Below are positions 1 through 9,200 of a DNA stretch of 64,000 nucleotides, one piece after another. The stretch is from the IMG/VR virus record IMGVR_UViG_3300032286_001377, positions 1-64,000 of that record; one strand, given 5' to 3'. Position 1 is the stretch's first letter; every line of letters begins with the position of its first letter. The DNA is from a virus. Under the pieces are notes generated by a model. The model made no database searches. It saw only the letters and a list, made by a program, of their open reading frames with translations, and was not told the DNA's origin. The position numbers and the translations under genes were made by a program.

Positions 1-215
1 AGTGCCGGTAGGTCCAGTAGCACCGGCTGCACCAGCAGTGCCGGTAGGGCCAGTAGCACCGGCTGCACCAGCAGTGCCGGTAGGGCCAGTAGCACCGGCT
101 GCACCAGCAGTGCCGGTAGGGCCGGTAGCACCAGCTGAACCGACAGGGCCGGTAGCACCGGCTGCACCAGAAGCGCCGGTAGGTCCGGTAGGACCAGCCG
201 CTCCGGTAGGTCCAG
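1..215. repeat. 36-bp tandem repeat encoding collagen G-X-Y triplets
   Basis: The unit agtgccggtagg(t/g)ccagtagcaccggctgcaccagc occurs about three times near-exactly, then degenerates. Confidence 0.9.
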
Positions 216-1809
216 CAAGTGTAGAATTGACCCAAGCTGTACCATTCCAAACTAAAGTTTGATTAGGTAATATACTAAATATAGATACATCACTAATATC
301 ATCTAAAATTACAGACCCCATTGCTGTACTATGATCCAAAAGATCATGTCTAGCATCTGTAAGATATTGAGTATGGTCATCATCAGAAAGGCCTGTAAGA
401 GATCCGTGATCAGATACAGCAGTAGACGGTATCGAAGATGAAATAGAGTCTGCTCGTCTTATGTCAATAACAGAAACAAATTTAGATTTTGGAACATTAG
501 TATAAGTATTAGCTGTTTTAATAACTATTTTATAAAGAGGCCTGAACTCAAAAATAGGAAGCCCAGATAAATTCATTGAAGACCAATCAATACCTTCAGC
601 TGCACCTTGTGTATTGTATTGATCTTGTCCAAGGATACAAATAATCGGTTCGTTAAGATTATTTGTTGCTACGATCCATGAAATAGCAAACTTGTTATTA
701 CCAACATCAGGAGTTGTCCATGTGCCAGCTGTATCAAGGTTATATGTTATATGTGAAGTTCCAAACTTCATTGGATATTGTGTTGCCGTATCTTTTATCC
801 ACGCAGTACCAGAAAGGTAGAATACTGGAATATAAGCGCCACCCTGAAGCCTTTGTTGCCAAGTATTTACTACAGGAGTAGCAGAATGGGTTACGGATAT
901 TTTATAATCTTCATCATAAAATATCCCATTGGCAATGTCGATTTTTGCATCTGCATTTGATGAGCCAGTACCGATAATTGTATATCCGTTAGCCCCAAAA
1001 CCACTCGCAATAGCCGCACCGCGAGTCATATGTAGATACTCATGAGTTTGCCAGTCCATGGTCACACCATGGCGTTCATCTCCAAAGAAAAACATTTTTG
1101 CGGTGGGACTATACCAGTAGATGTAGCAAACTGGAACTTGATTGGCTAAATCAAAAAATGTTGTACCATAATTTAATACACCATTAACATCATAGTATAT
1201 GTAATATAAACCAGTAGTATTCGGTATTGTTACAGTTTCGGTTCCAGTCTTAATATACTGCAACCCTTTTGCCCAAAATTCATAATAACCAATAGTTGGC
1301 GCAATAGAAAATGTTCTATTAACTTCATTAAATGAAATATTACTTGTTCCATATGAAACGAAACCCATAGGTTCATTAGATGGAAGTGTTGTATTAACCC
1401 ACTCTGCACCATCGTATTTAAGAATTTGTCCAGCTACAGCACTAGATATAGAAACATCTATTGCATCATTTAATGCAAATGATGCCGATAAAAACTTTGT
1501 TCCATCAAACTTTAAAACGTGATCTATTACCGCACCAGTAGTATCAATTTCAATGCCATTTACAAATATACTATCAACATATACAGAACTAGGGAGACTT
1601 ACAGTGTAAGCTCCCGAAGTTTCTGTAACATTTATTTGATTTACTGTACCAGATATACTGGTTATAAGCTTAGAGCCGACAATACTTCCAGATGCATTCT
1701 TGTAGAAGAGTTTGCCATCACTATAATTTAATGCTAACTCACCAAATGCTAGAGAAGCAGGTGCAACCGCAGCTGTGCCAGAACGTTTTAACTGAATTAC
1801 ATTAGCCAT
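1..1809 (-). CDS. Collagen-repeat tail/head fibre protein (3' end runs off the window)
   Basis: Not in the ORF track. The ATG at 1809 follows RBS GAGGTG. The frame reads [37 protein letters not shown] (a common phage fibre N-terminus), contains [20 protein letters not shown] spacer motifs, and ends in G-X-Y repeats ([12 protein letters not shown])n. Confidence 0.85.
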   Translation of the reverse strand, partial: MANVIQLKRSGTAAVAPASLAFGELALNYSDGKLFYKNASGSIVGSKLITSISGTVNQINVTETSGAYTVSLPSSVYVDSIFVNGIEIDTTGAVIDHVLKFDGTKFLSASFALNDAIDVSISSAVAGQILKYDGAEWVNTTLPSNEPMGFVSYGTSNISFNEVNRTFSIAPTIGYYEFWAKGLQYIKTGTETVTIPNTTGLYYIYYDVNGVLNYGTTFFDLANQVPVCYIYWYSPTAKMFFFGDERHGVTMDWQTHEYLHMTRGAAIASGFGANGYTIIGTGSSNADAKIDIANGIFYDEDYKISVTHSATPVVNTWQQRLQGGAYIPVFYLSGTAWIKDTATQYPMKFGTSHITYNLDTAGTWTTPDVGNNKFAISWIVATNNLNEPIICILGQDQYNTQGAAEGIDWSSMNLSGLPIFEFRPLYKIVIKTANTYTNVPKSKFVSVIDIRRADSISSSIPSTAVSDHGSLTGLSDDDHTQYLTDARHDLLDHSTAMGSVILDDISDVSIFSILPNQTLVWNGTAWVNSTLAGPTGAAGPTGPTGASGAAGATGPVGSAGATGPTGTAGAAGATGPTGTAGAAGATGPTGTAGAAGATGPTGT

Positions 1810-1833
1810 TTACACCTCAGCGCATAAGATATA

Positions 1834-2208
1834 TCACTTCTTAATAGTAATTAAATCTTCTGGAATAATCCAAAGCTTGCAGATGGCATTTGGTTCAATA
1901 GTACCTTTAACTATTTCGCATCCATTACCACCTAAGTAGAAGACGCAATTACCACAAATCAATCCTTCTTTAATAAAAGGATTAACTTTCGCAGGTGCAT
2001 AGTGTGCGCCATTAGCTTTAGATGTTTGATCAAACATTCCGAATTCTTCAACAACACTTTCATAGTAATCATAAAGCGATTGCTGACGAGGGATCAATTT
2101 ATCTTTAGGCTCAGGATTATCTGAACTATCATCCATTGTATCTTCATCAGAAGAATCTTCTGGTGACTGAGGATTGCTATACTCACTAAGCCAATAATTA
2201 TTCATCAT
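1834..2208 (-). CDS. HiPIP-like 4-Cys (putative [4Fe-4S]) protein, paralog 1
   Basis: CGNCVFYLGGNGCEIVKGTIEPNAICKLW matches the HiPIP-type C-x2-C...C...C spacing; the N-terminus is acidic. Confidence 0.6.
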   Translation of the reverse strand: MMNNYWLSEYSNPQSPEDSSDEDTMDDSSDNPEPKDKLIPRQQSLYDYYESVVEEFGMFDQTSKANGAHYAPAKVNPFIKEGLICGNCVFYLGGNGCEIVKGTIEPNAICKLWIIPEDLITIKK

Positions 2209-2521
2209 CTGTCTTCTTTCTAACTATTCCATCAGGGATTGCAGCTAATCTACAATACCCATTAGGTTCGATAGTGGTAGCTACTATCTTGCAAACATTA
2301 TTCGATTCAAAGAAATAACAATTAGAACATTTAATACCAATTTCTAAGTTATCATTTTCCTCTGGAGAAACATAGCCAACCCATATCCCCTTGCCATCAC
2401 CATTAGCAAGTTTTCCATGACGAGAAACAATGCCTAGCATCGCATCAGCATACTCTTGTTCAGGTTGTGGTAGTTTATTTTCTAATGCTACCAGAAATTC
2501 TGCTAACCAATAATTATCCAT
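2198..2521 (-). CDS. HiPIP-like 4-Cys protein, paralog 2
   Basis: CSNCYFFESNNVCKIVATTIEPNGYC; RBS GGAGG; shares N-terminal NYWL and the TIEPN..C.L..IP motif with its neighbour. Confidence 0.6.
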   Translation of the reverse strand: MDNYWLAEFLVALENKLPQPEQEYADAMLGIVSRHGKLANGDGKGIWVGYVSPEENDNLEIGIKCSNCYFFESNNVCKIVATTIEPNGYCRLAAIPDGIVRKKTDDE

Positions 2522-2599
2522 AAAATTCCTCCGGAATCCTTGACTTCTGCACCTGTGTTAGGGGCTGACATATTATCTTCAAATCAAAAAAGATAATAT

Positions 2600-2607
2600 T
2601 ATAGTAA
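2600..2607 (-). promoter_or_regulatory. TTACTATA motif, putative phage late promoter
   Basis: The same 8-mer recurs intergenically at 11581, 12538 and 36134. Confidence 0.55.
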
Positions 2608-2611
2608 TAAA

Positions 2612-2809
2612 TTACTTAATACATCTTCTTGAACAAAACATAATTCCTTTTTCTTCATACACAATTCCTTTAGAAAAGGTTCTGTCACAAGATGGGCAAG
2701 AAAAAGTTTTACCACCCATACCTACATACATAATTGCTTTTCCAAGAAGAACTTTTACCTTAATAGGATCTTCTTTAACTGCTGTCTTACTTTGCTTCGG
2801 CTTACCCAT
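2612..2809 (-). CDS. Small Zn-finger protein (TRASH/FCS-like)
   Basis: CPSC...FCSRRC. Confidence 0.55.
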   Translation of the reverse strand: MGKPKQSKTAVKEDPIKVKVLLGKAIMYVGMGGKTFSCPSCDRTFSKGIVYEEKGIMFCSRRCIK

Positions 2810-3554
2810 TTAAATCTCCAATCATCTGCTGAACGAATCGTGGATACGTTTCGTCAATATCATAATATTTTAAAGGAAAACGATCAAAAGGATCTATTCC
2901 ATTATTAATTCTATACAAAATGTTCTCTATTGATTTGTATTCGTCACTATTATATTCTGTATGCGAAAAAGATTCTATCTTTTTAATAATCATCTCTAAA
3001 CTAGAAAAATAAGAGAAGTGCCAGCCTGCTTTAGGGATACGATTTAGATTAGCTTCACGCAACTGCTGTGGAGTACGAAACTTCAAATCTTTAACACGAA
3101 CGGCAACTGGTCTAGCACCCTCGTTACAATGATCGGGAACCTTCCAATTAAAACACCAAAAATACTGTGAGTTATCTAACTGAACAGGCATATCATACTC
3201 ATGAAGAGTAGCAACAACTGAGGGATTTATTATCTCATCAACATCAGAAATAATAACAATATCATTTTCATCAACAGACTTAAAATAATCAGACAAGGCG
3301 TTACGTTGAAATGCTTCCCTATCCCATGCTGACTCAAGACTATCAGGAAAAGTTATCTGCAATCTTATAATCTTAGGATAAAATTCATGCACCCACTCGT
3401 CGCAGTCATCTAAATAAAAAGGTTTAGAAATTCCTGTAAAAGTTTTTGCTGCCTCAACAATAACAAAAAAATCTACAACATCATTCATTTCATTTAAACG
3501 TATCTTTAGAATTTCTTTCTCATCAAAATAAGTGAAACAATCATATATTTTCAT
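2802..3554 (-). CDS. Glycosyltransferase family 17 (GnT-III-like)
   Basis: KIYDCFTYFDE..IL.IRLNE..DVVD.FVIVEA, W.RE..QRN, SDVDEI, GWHFSYF, KIESFSH motifs. Confidence 0.85.
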   Translation of the reverse strand: MKIYDCFTYFDEKEILKIRLNEMNDVVDFFVIVEAAKTFTGISKPFYLDDCDEWVHEFYPKIIRLQITFPDSLESAWDREAFQRNALSDYFKSVDENDIVIISDVDEIINPSVVATLHEYDMPVQLDNSQYFWCFNWKVPDHCNEGARPVAVRVKDLKFRTPQQLREANLNRIPKAGWHFSYFSSLEMIIKKIESFSHTEYNSDEYKSIENILYRINNGIDPFDRFPLKYYDIDETYPRFVQQMIGDLNG

Positions 3555-4035
3555 AAACTAAAACCTTTTCATTTCTAAACATACTATATCTTTTCACTTC
3601 TTTAATAAGATCATAACGAACCACATTAAAGTTTTCAACTTCTGAAGCCCAACTGCCTGGATTAACTATGAATCCAATCGAATTAGGTTTCATAACTTTT
3701 TTGATATTACCTACAATCTTTAAAGGATCACCAATATCTTCGACTTGGTAGTTAATAGATATAAATAGATCACAAAAATTTGCACCAAAGAAAGAATCAT
3801 TTTCCTTAATATACCAACTCTTTATCGCATCCGTTGGAGCATATTTTAATCCATCATATAAATGCTTAGGCTTCCAATTATTAGATTGGTTAGTGTGCAA
3901 CATATATGCACCAATAGAATGAGCGGGAGAATAAAGACACTCAAGTAACTCGGGACATTCTCCAAAAACAATTGTATTGTCTCTATTTGTAAATATATCT
4001 CTTATAATATGTGCTATAAAATTTACATCATACAT
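3541..4035 (-). CDS. Hypothetical protein, possibly a degenerate methyltransferase fold
   Basis: In the operon; the CDLFIS...IKKVMKPNSIGFIV segment resembles the C-terminal half of class I MTases. Confidence 0.4.
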   Translation of the reverse strand: MYDVNFIAHIIRDIFTNRDNTIVFGECPELLECLYSPAHSIGAYMLHTNQSNNWKPKHLYDGLKYAPTDAIKSWYIKENDSFFGANFCDLFISINYQVEDIGDPLKIVGNIKKVMKPNSIGFIVNPGSWASEVENFNVVRYDLIKEVKRYSMFRNEKVLVYENI

Positions 4036-4054
4036 TAATTAAACCTACTACTTG

Positions 4055-4594
4055 TCAGACTAAAGGCTTTCTAGCATCGACTTTCAACCATCCCCATTCA
4101 CTTCCACGTTTGACATCTTCTACAATAAAGTTCATTGATTCAAAATCATCAACTAACATTCTGTGAGTTAATCCAACGAAGTGGAAATCAAAAGGATTCA
4201 ACTGCTCTGCAAAGAAGATCTGTTGCATTCGTCTATCTCCTTCAAGGCAATCCCAAGATAGAATCTGCTGACATGCAAGAAGGAAATCTGGCACTTCGAT
4301 ACGAATAAGTCCACCAGGCTTAACAATTCTACACCACTCCTTTAAAACACTTTGATACTCTTTCCATGGAAAGTGCTCCAAGCATTCCGAATTATAAACT
4401 ATATCTGCGTAGTTATCAGGTAAATCAATTTTTCTAGCATCACATACTACATCAACTGGAACATGTCTCTTATTCACATGATCGTACAGTGGAGTTGGAT
4501 CAATATCTATATGAGTCCAATCCTCACCCAAATATGTTCTAGTTCCTATTACTACTTTAATTCCTTCACCCTGAGGTATTGTTTCTAATCTCAT
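4055..4594 (-). CDS. Class I SAM-dependent methyltransferase
   Basis: HIDID, CDARKIDLPDNYADIVYNSECLEH, EWCRIVKPGGLIRIEVPD. Confidence 0.8.
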   Translation of the reverse strand: MRLETIPQGEGIKVVIGTRTYLGEDWTHIDIDPTPLYDHVNKRHVPVDVVCDARKIDLPDNYADIVYNSECLEHFPWKEYQSVLKEWCRIVKPGGLIRIEVPDFLLACQQILSWDCLEGDRRMQQIFFAEQLNPFDFHFVGLTHRMLVDDFESMNFIVEDVKRGSEWGWLKVDARKPLV

Positions 4595-4602
4595 TATTTT
4601 TC

Positions 4603-5343
4603 CTATAGATCATCTTGTAATTGTAAAATTTTTCGTAATCTTTTATTATTTCTTAACATAGGAGCCGCTGTTGCGTGATTGCCTTGCTCAGGAAATAAAG
4701 TTACATTTTTAATACCAGACATTCTTCCTGAATGAAAGATGTCAACGGGTTCATCTTTTCCATAATATATTTCTATATTTGTTTTATCTGAAACCTGAAT
4801 AGCAGCAAGATCTGTATATCGCATTTCATTTTGATTGCACCATTTTAATTTATATAAATTCCCGTGTGCAAAACATTCTATTCCTTTAAGGAGTAAGGTT
4901 TGAGGATTAACTGCGACAACTAAATCAGCCTCACACAGTGTACCATAAAGAATGGCAGCAAAACCGCCAGAAGATACACCAAAAAAAAATGTTTTCTTAT
5001 GTTGAACTTTTGAAAGCAACTGCTTTATGCCAACTATTGTTGATTGAACATCAGTAGATAAACCTCTAACACCATTAAAATACCAAACATTACTTTGATC
5101 ACGAAGAAATATCGTACTAATGTTTTCTTTTTCCAGAGTTGAAACAAGTGCATATTTTGATTCGCCATCTAAATGTATTCCCATTCCACCAAAAGAAACT
5201 ATTACAGTATCTGTTCCTTTATCATCAATAATGTAATGTGGTATTTCTTGCTCAATGTTTTTACGAAAAGCCCAATCTTCAATTGGAAGATGTTCATTAA
5301 TGTCTCCAGAATATAACACTGGTTCAACTTTTCGTAATTCCAT
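4603..5343 (-). CDS. Alpha/beta hydrolase (esterase-like)
   Basis: Nucleophile elbow GVSSGG, VIVSFGG oxyanion region, later Asp and His (GNH). Confidence 0.7.
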   Translation of the reverse strand: MELRKVEPVLYSGDINEHLPIEDWAFRKNIEQEIPHYIIDDKGTDTVIVSFGGMGIHLDGESKYALVSTLEKENISTIFLRDQSNVWYFNGVRGLSTDVQSTIVGIKQLLSKVQHKKTFFFGVSSGGFAAILYGTLCEADLVVAVNPQTLLLKGIECFAHGNLYKLKWCNQNEMRYTDLAAIQVSDKTNIEIYYGKDEPVDIFHSGRMSGIKNVTLFPEQGNHATAAPMLRNNKRLRKILQLQDDL

Positions 5344-5358
5344 TTAGATCACTCTTTC

Positions 5359-5904
5359 TTAAGTTCTTAATGGCCACTTCGGCATATCAGTGAGCAGTAT
5401 GTTCTTAAGAGGCGGATTAGAACTATCCCTACTAGAGAGGACTGGGGCATCAAAACCCCAGTCCGCACCAATATGTTCATCGTCCCACGCTACACCAAGC
5501 TCATCTGCTTGATTATAGTAATTATCAACTAAATAAGTTAATATCACATCAGTCAAGGCAGAAAAACCGTGTGCAACACCGGGAGGAATATATACTCCAA
5601 TATTATTAGAAATATCTAAAGTCAAAGACGCATCGTAAGTCGGAGATCCTATTCTCATATCATAAAGATTAACTCTAGCTACACCCACTGGAACAAACCA
5701 GTAATCAGATTGATGTAAATGATAATGAAATCCAGCTAAAGAACCCTTTGATTTTCTTGAACAATTCATTTGAATTACTTCTCTAGCTCCTGGAATCCAT
5801 TCTCTACGATAAGACTCCATAAAAGAACCTCTATCATCACCGAAAGATGAAGGCTCAACTAAGAAACAATTCTCTATGTTAGTAGAGGAAACTTTTGCTC
5901 CCAT
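5359..5904 (-). CDS. rmlC: dTDP-4-dehydrorhamnose 3,5-epimerase
   Basis: FGDDRGSFMESY, QMNCSRK..GSL.GFHYH, DMRIGSPTY, YIPPGVAHGF, LSSRD. Confidence 0.9.
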   Translation of the reverse strand: MGAKVSSTNIENCFLVEPSSFGDDRGSFMESYRREWIPGAREVIQMNCSRKSKGSLAGFHYHLHQSDYWFVPVGVARVNLYDMRIGSPTYDASLTLDISNNIGVYIPPGVAHGFSALTDVILTYLVDNYYNQADELGVAWDDEHIGADWGFDAPVLSSRDSSNPPLKNILLTDMPKWPLRT

Positions 5905-6764
5905 TAAATGATTCGTCCTCTATACAAATGTTGCCAACGAGGAACTTTAATTAAATCAACTTCTCTACCTAATGCAGGGATAAAAATTGTTTCAGGATTA
6001 TCGTTAATTCCCTTAAGCTCTGGTTGTAACTGATACCACTCTTCCATGTAAATGGCTGACCAGTCTTCAAATCTTGTTACATTAGGACTATGATAAGTTA
6101 TTGAAGGTCCAACAAAATACTTGTTCCACTTGTTAACCCAGTTAACAACGCCTTGATTAATTCTTTCCTGCGATGCAGGATCGCGGCTACTTGTAGAATC
6201 ATGATGAACAACTACAGATGTATCTGCAACTATTCTCCATCCACCAAGTCTAATTCTAGTCTGGAAATCAACTTCCTCTTGATGACCTAAAGTAGTATCA
6301 AATCCACCAATTTCCTTATATCTTTGACGGTTTAAAATCCAACAAAAACCAACACCCCATAATATTTCTAGGTATCTAGGTCTTTCAATTGGATATGCCC
6401 CACCATTAGGAAATGCCATAGCTACTTCATGGTTAGATTCTAGATATGATGCCAATCTGGTGTCCCATCCATGGGTTGCAACATACGCATCATTATCTAA
6501 ATAGCCAACATTATTTGTTTCTGCCCATTCTAAAATTGTATTTACTGCACCAACGTATCCTAGATTTGTATCAAGGAACTTTGGAATAATTCTAGGATCT
6601 TCATTAGCATGACGATTGATAACGTCTTTAACTCCTGGATCAGTTGAGTTATTATCAACTACTAGAAAACGCCAATCAGATGTAGAATTAGCACGCATCT
6701 GAGTAAGCATTCTATCCAACTTAAGTGGATTATTATAACTTGCTGTACCCATATCTATTCTCAT
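5904..6764 (-). CDS. Glycosyltransferase family 2
   Basis: VVDNNSTD, NLGYVGAVN, LDND, IGGFD, EEVDFQTR. Confidence 0.85.
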   Translation of the reverse strand: MRIDMGTASYNNPLKLDRMLTQMRANSTSDWRFLVVDNNSTDPGVKDVINRHANEDPRIIPKFLDTNLGYVGAVNTILEWAETNNVGYLDNDAYVATHGWDTRLASYLESNHEVAMAFPNGGAYPIERPRYLEILWGVGFCWILNRQRYKEIGGFDTTLGHQEEVDFQTRIRLGGWRIVADTSVVVHHDSTSSRDPASQERINQGVVNWVNKWNKYFVGPSITYHSPNVTRFEDWSAIYMEEWYQLQPELKGINDNPETIFIPALGREVDLIKVPRWQHLYRGRII

Positions 6765-7498
6765 GGCTTAATCCACCATCCACTAGCCGGATCCTGAATA
6801 AATCCAACACTAGTTAAAAGAGGAGCCCATTCTGTCTGGTACTTATTATTCTCAGGAAGATGCATCGGGATAGAGTTACCGTGCTCAATGTCGCCAATGC
6901 CAAATGCATTCTGCGCAATAAAAGCACCATTTGGCTTTAAGCACTTGAAGACAGCCTTAACCCACTCATCTACATTAACAAGATGCTCAAAGAAATCAAG
7001 AGCAACAACTCCATCAAACTTCTTAGAACCCAAAGAAGGCTTCCAATTATCAGTAAATAAAGTTTTAATACCTAACTCTGGACGCAAAGAGAATCTATAC
7101 CCGGCAAAACCAGCAGTCTTGCCATCTTTCAAATCATGATAAGTGGCATTAAGTCCTTCTTCTGCCATTCTAATTGATAGAGTACCAATCCCATCTCCTA
7201 AAGATAAAACATTTAATCTATCCGTACCTTTAAACCCAAGTGTAATTCCTTCGCACATTCCTAGATAATTAAATCCTTCAGTAAGGTGATAGGCAGAAAG
7301 TTCCCAAATGTAAGCATCAGTGTTTCTGTACCAGTTAAGTAAAGAGTCTGGATTCGAAATGTCTGTATTATTAGATTGGAAATCCTGGGCAACTAGTGCA
7401 TGATTGTGATGAAATCCATCCAGCAATCTGCTTTTTGCTTCATTAAAACTTACGCCTAAATATGCCGAAATATTCTCGGCCATTGTATCAATATTCAT
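6761..7498 (-). CDS. Class I SAM-dependent methyltransferase
   Basis: VLSLGDGIG motif I, FDGVVALDFFEHL, LKPNGAF; start moved to the ATG at 7498, overlapping the rmlD stop region. Confidence 0.8.
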   Translation of the reverse strand: MNIDTMAENISAYLGVSFNEAKSRLLDGFHHNHALVAQDFQSNNTDISNPDSLLNWYRNTDAYIWELSAYHLTEGFNYLGMCEGITLGFKGTDRLNVLSLGDGIGTLSIRMAEEGLNATYHDLKDGKTAGFAGYRFSLRPELGIKTLFTDNWKPSLGSKKFDGVVALDFFEHLVNVDEWVKAVFKCLKPNGAFIAQNAFGIGDIEHGNSIPMHLPENNKYQTEWAPLLTSVGFIQDPASGWWIKP

Positions 7499-8369
7499 TT
7501 TTAATTTTACTCCATTCAATGTACGAATTAATTAATCCATCCTCATAAGAGGATTTATGTATAGCTGTATAATAATCCCAAGTGGTATCGTAAGGTCTTC
7601 TAGCTATGCCGGTAAAGTATTCATGAGAAACAGGTTGAATATTGACATTCAAAGACCCATATGAATAATACTTTGCATCAGCGGCTATTGAAAACCTAGA
7701 GCATCTAACTGGATTTCCTAAATGATTTATTTTAGATTTACTATTAGAACGCTCTCTCACTCGATCCCATAATATACTAGCACATTCTCCTGCAAAAATG
7801 GGCGAAAAGAATCTATCATTTACTTGAAGTTGATTATTCTTTTCAAAGATATCTTCTAAAGGATTCTTTCTACCAATTTCTTGAAAAGGTCTCACACCTA
7901 ATACAAAGGTAAGTCTATTTATTTCTGAATTTTCGATATCAAGTGCAATCAGCTCTGCACTTTTTTTATGTTTTCCATATTCAGTTATTGGATGAGGGGT
8001 ATCAAAAGGTTTGTATCTAGGATTATTGCCACTAAATACTCCTTGCGAACTGCATTGAATTAAATAGCTATCGTTTAAATCAACCCACCCAGCAAGATGA
8101 TTAACAAAATTGACATTAACATTCTCAAATAATTCAGGATTAGCTTCGACTATATCAACCCTATTTTCCCCAGCAAGATTGACAATAGCATCAGGTTTAA
8201 AATGATCAAGAAAATCTTTTGGATTATCAAAATCAACATCAAACCCAGTCCAACTACCAAAACTTTTTTTTCTAGTAAAAATAGGCTCAGCCCATTCTGG
8301 TGTAGATATTAACATGTGCTGACCAATAATTCCGCCAGCACCAAAGATAACAACTTTAATCTTACGCAT
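7488..8369 (-). CDS. rmlD: dTDP-4-dehydrorhamnose reductase-like SDR
   Basis: GAGGIIG, KPDAIVNLAG..VD..E, P.TEYGKHK (YxxxK), D.FFSP; true start at 8369 after RBS AAAGGA. The track's extension to 8498 runs through tRNAs. Confidence 0.8.
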   Translation of the reverse strand: MRKIKVVIFGAGGIIGQHMLISTPEWAEPIFTRKKSFGSWTGFDVDFDNPKDFLDHFKPDAIVNLAGENRVDIVEANPELFENVNVNFVNHLAGWVDLNDSYLIQCSSQGVFSGNNPRYKPFDTPHPITEYGKHKKSAELIALDIENSEINRLTFVLGVRPFQEIGRKNPLEDIFEKNNQLQVNDRFFSPIFAGECASILWDRVRERSNSKSKINHLGNPVRCSRFSIAADAKYYSYGSLNVNIQPVSHEYFTGIARRPYDTTWDYYTAIHKSSYEDGLINSYIEWSKIKNEY

Positions 8370-8386
8370 AAACCATCCTTTCTTAG

Positions 8387-8471
8387 CGGAAAGAATGGGA
8401 TTCGAACCCATGGAAGCTTTCACTTCACACGCTTTCCAGGCGTGCCGATTCGGCCACTCTCGCATCTTTCC
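8387..8471 (-). tRNA. tRNA-Ser(GGA)
   Basis: GGAAAGA acceptor stem, anticodon arm CACGC-CTGGAAA-GCGTG, long variable arm, GGTTCGAATCC T-loop, discriminator G, no encoded CCA. Confidence 0.93.
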
Positions 8472-8473
8472 AG

Positions 8474-8565
8474 CGGAGAGAGTGGGATTTGAACCCACGG
8501 ATGATCTATTAAACCATCGACATCTTAGCAGGATGTTCCATTAAACCTAGCTCTGGCATCTCTCC
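8474..8565 (-). tRNA. tRNA-Ser(GCT)
   Basis: GGAGAGA acceptor stem, anticodon arm ACATC-CTGCTAA-GATGT, long variable arm, GGTTCAAATCC T-loop, discriminator G, no encoded CCA. Confidence 0.93.
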
Positions 8566-8572
8566 GTGGATA

Positions 8573-8581
8573 ATTATATCA
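8573..8581 (-). promoter_or_regulatory. Extended -10 promoter for the tRNA/sugar operon
   Basis: TGATATAAT lies 7 nt upstream of the tRNA-Ser(GCT) 5' end. Confidence 0.55.
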
Positions 8582-8617
8582 AAAATATAACTAAAATGCC
8601 AAATAAACTAGGATATA

Positions 8618-9187
8618 TCAAAACTTAAATGACCAATAGGATAGTTTATGAATTTTTGGATTATAGTACTTTTTAGCATGAGGGACTTCAATAGGTTGAA
8701 AATGATGTGGATCACTTAAATCCCACCAAGTCATATAAAGACCAAACCATGGAGCGTAAGCTTGCATTAAATTACGATCAGATTGATATCCCATAAGATC
8801 TACAGCTAAACATTTACCTTGTGATGTAACCAAATCATGATAAGACATTCCAGGAGGAGCAATCGAAGTTTCCCCTGGATTTTTTTCCCAAAAAGAATAC
8901 GAGACACCTCTATTATCGGTGCCCTTCCATGCTACTGATTTCTTAGAAGGTCCTGAAACGCCATGATATCTTGACAAGAAGGTGCTTCTTTGGCTTTCGT
9001 ACGACCTATAGGTTGCCCCTAACCCAGCACTACCGCCAAAATCTATAAGAAGATTCAACATTGCAAAAATTCTTCTTGCAAACTCTGGATCTAGGTTTGT
9101 CCATTTATCAGAAGCAAAAAGTTCAGCACTAGTTACATTTTTCCATTTGCCACTATTTGTTCCAAGTTTATATATTCTTTCTGCCAT
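8618..9187 (-). CDS. M15-family Zn peptidase (endolysin-like, catalytic domain only)
   Basis: YRSYESQ, APPGMSYH, LAVD, DPHHFQ; paralog of the adjacent gene. Confidence 0.7.
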   Translation of the reverse strand: MAERIYKLGTNSGKWKNVTSAELFASDKWTNLDPEFARRIFAMLNLLIDFGGSAGLGATYRSYESQRSTFLSRYHGVSGPSKKSVAWKGTDNRGVSYSFWEKNPGETSIAPPGMSYHDLVTSQGKCLAVDLMGYQSDRNLMQAYAPWFGLYMTWWDLSDPHHFQPIEVPHAKKYYNPKIHKLSYWSFKF

Positions 9188-9200
9188 AATTATTATTTAA

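Noticed and set aside
2-262. Plus-strand 86-aa Pro/Ala/Val repeat ORF
   Set aside because: It is the antisense shadow of the collagen repeat in the minus-strand fibre gene.
8370-8498. N-terminal extension of the rmlD ORF with a repeated MGSNP(T/I)LSA peptide
   Set aside because: It is a translation of the two tRNA T-arms and acceptor stems; the real start is at 8369.
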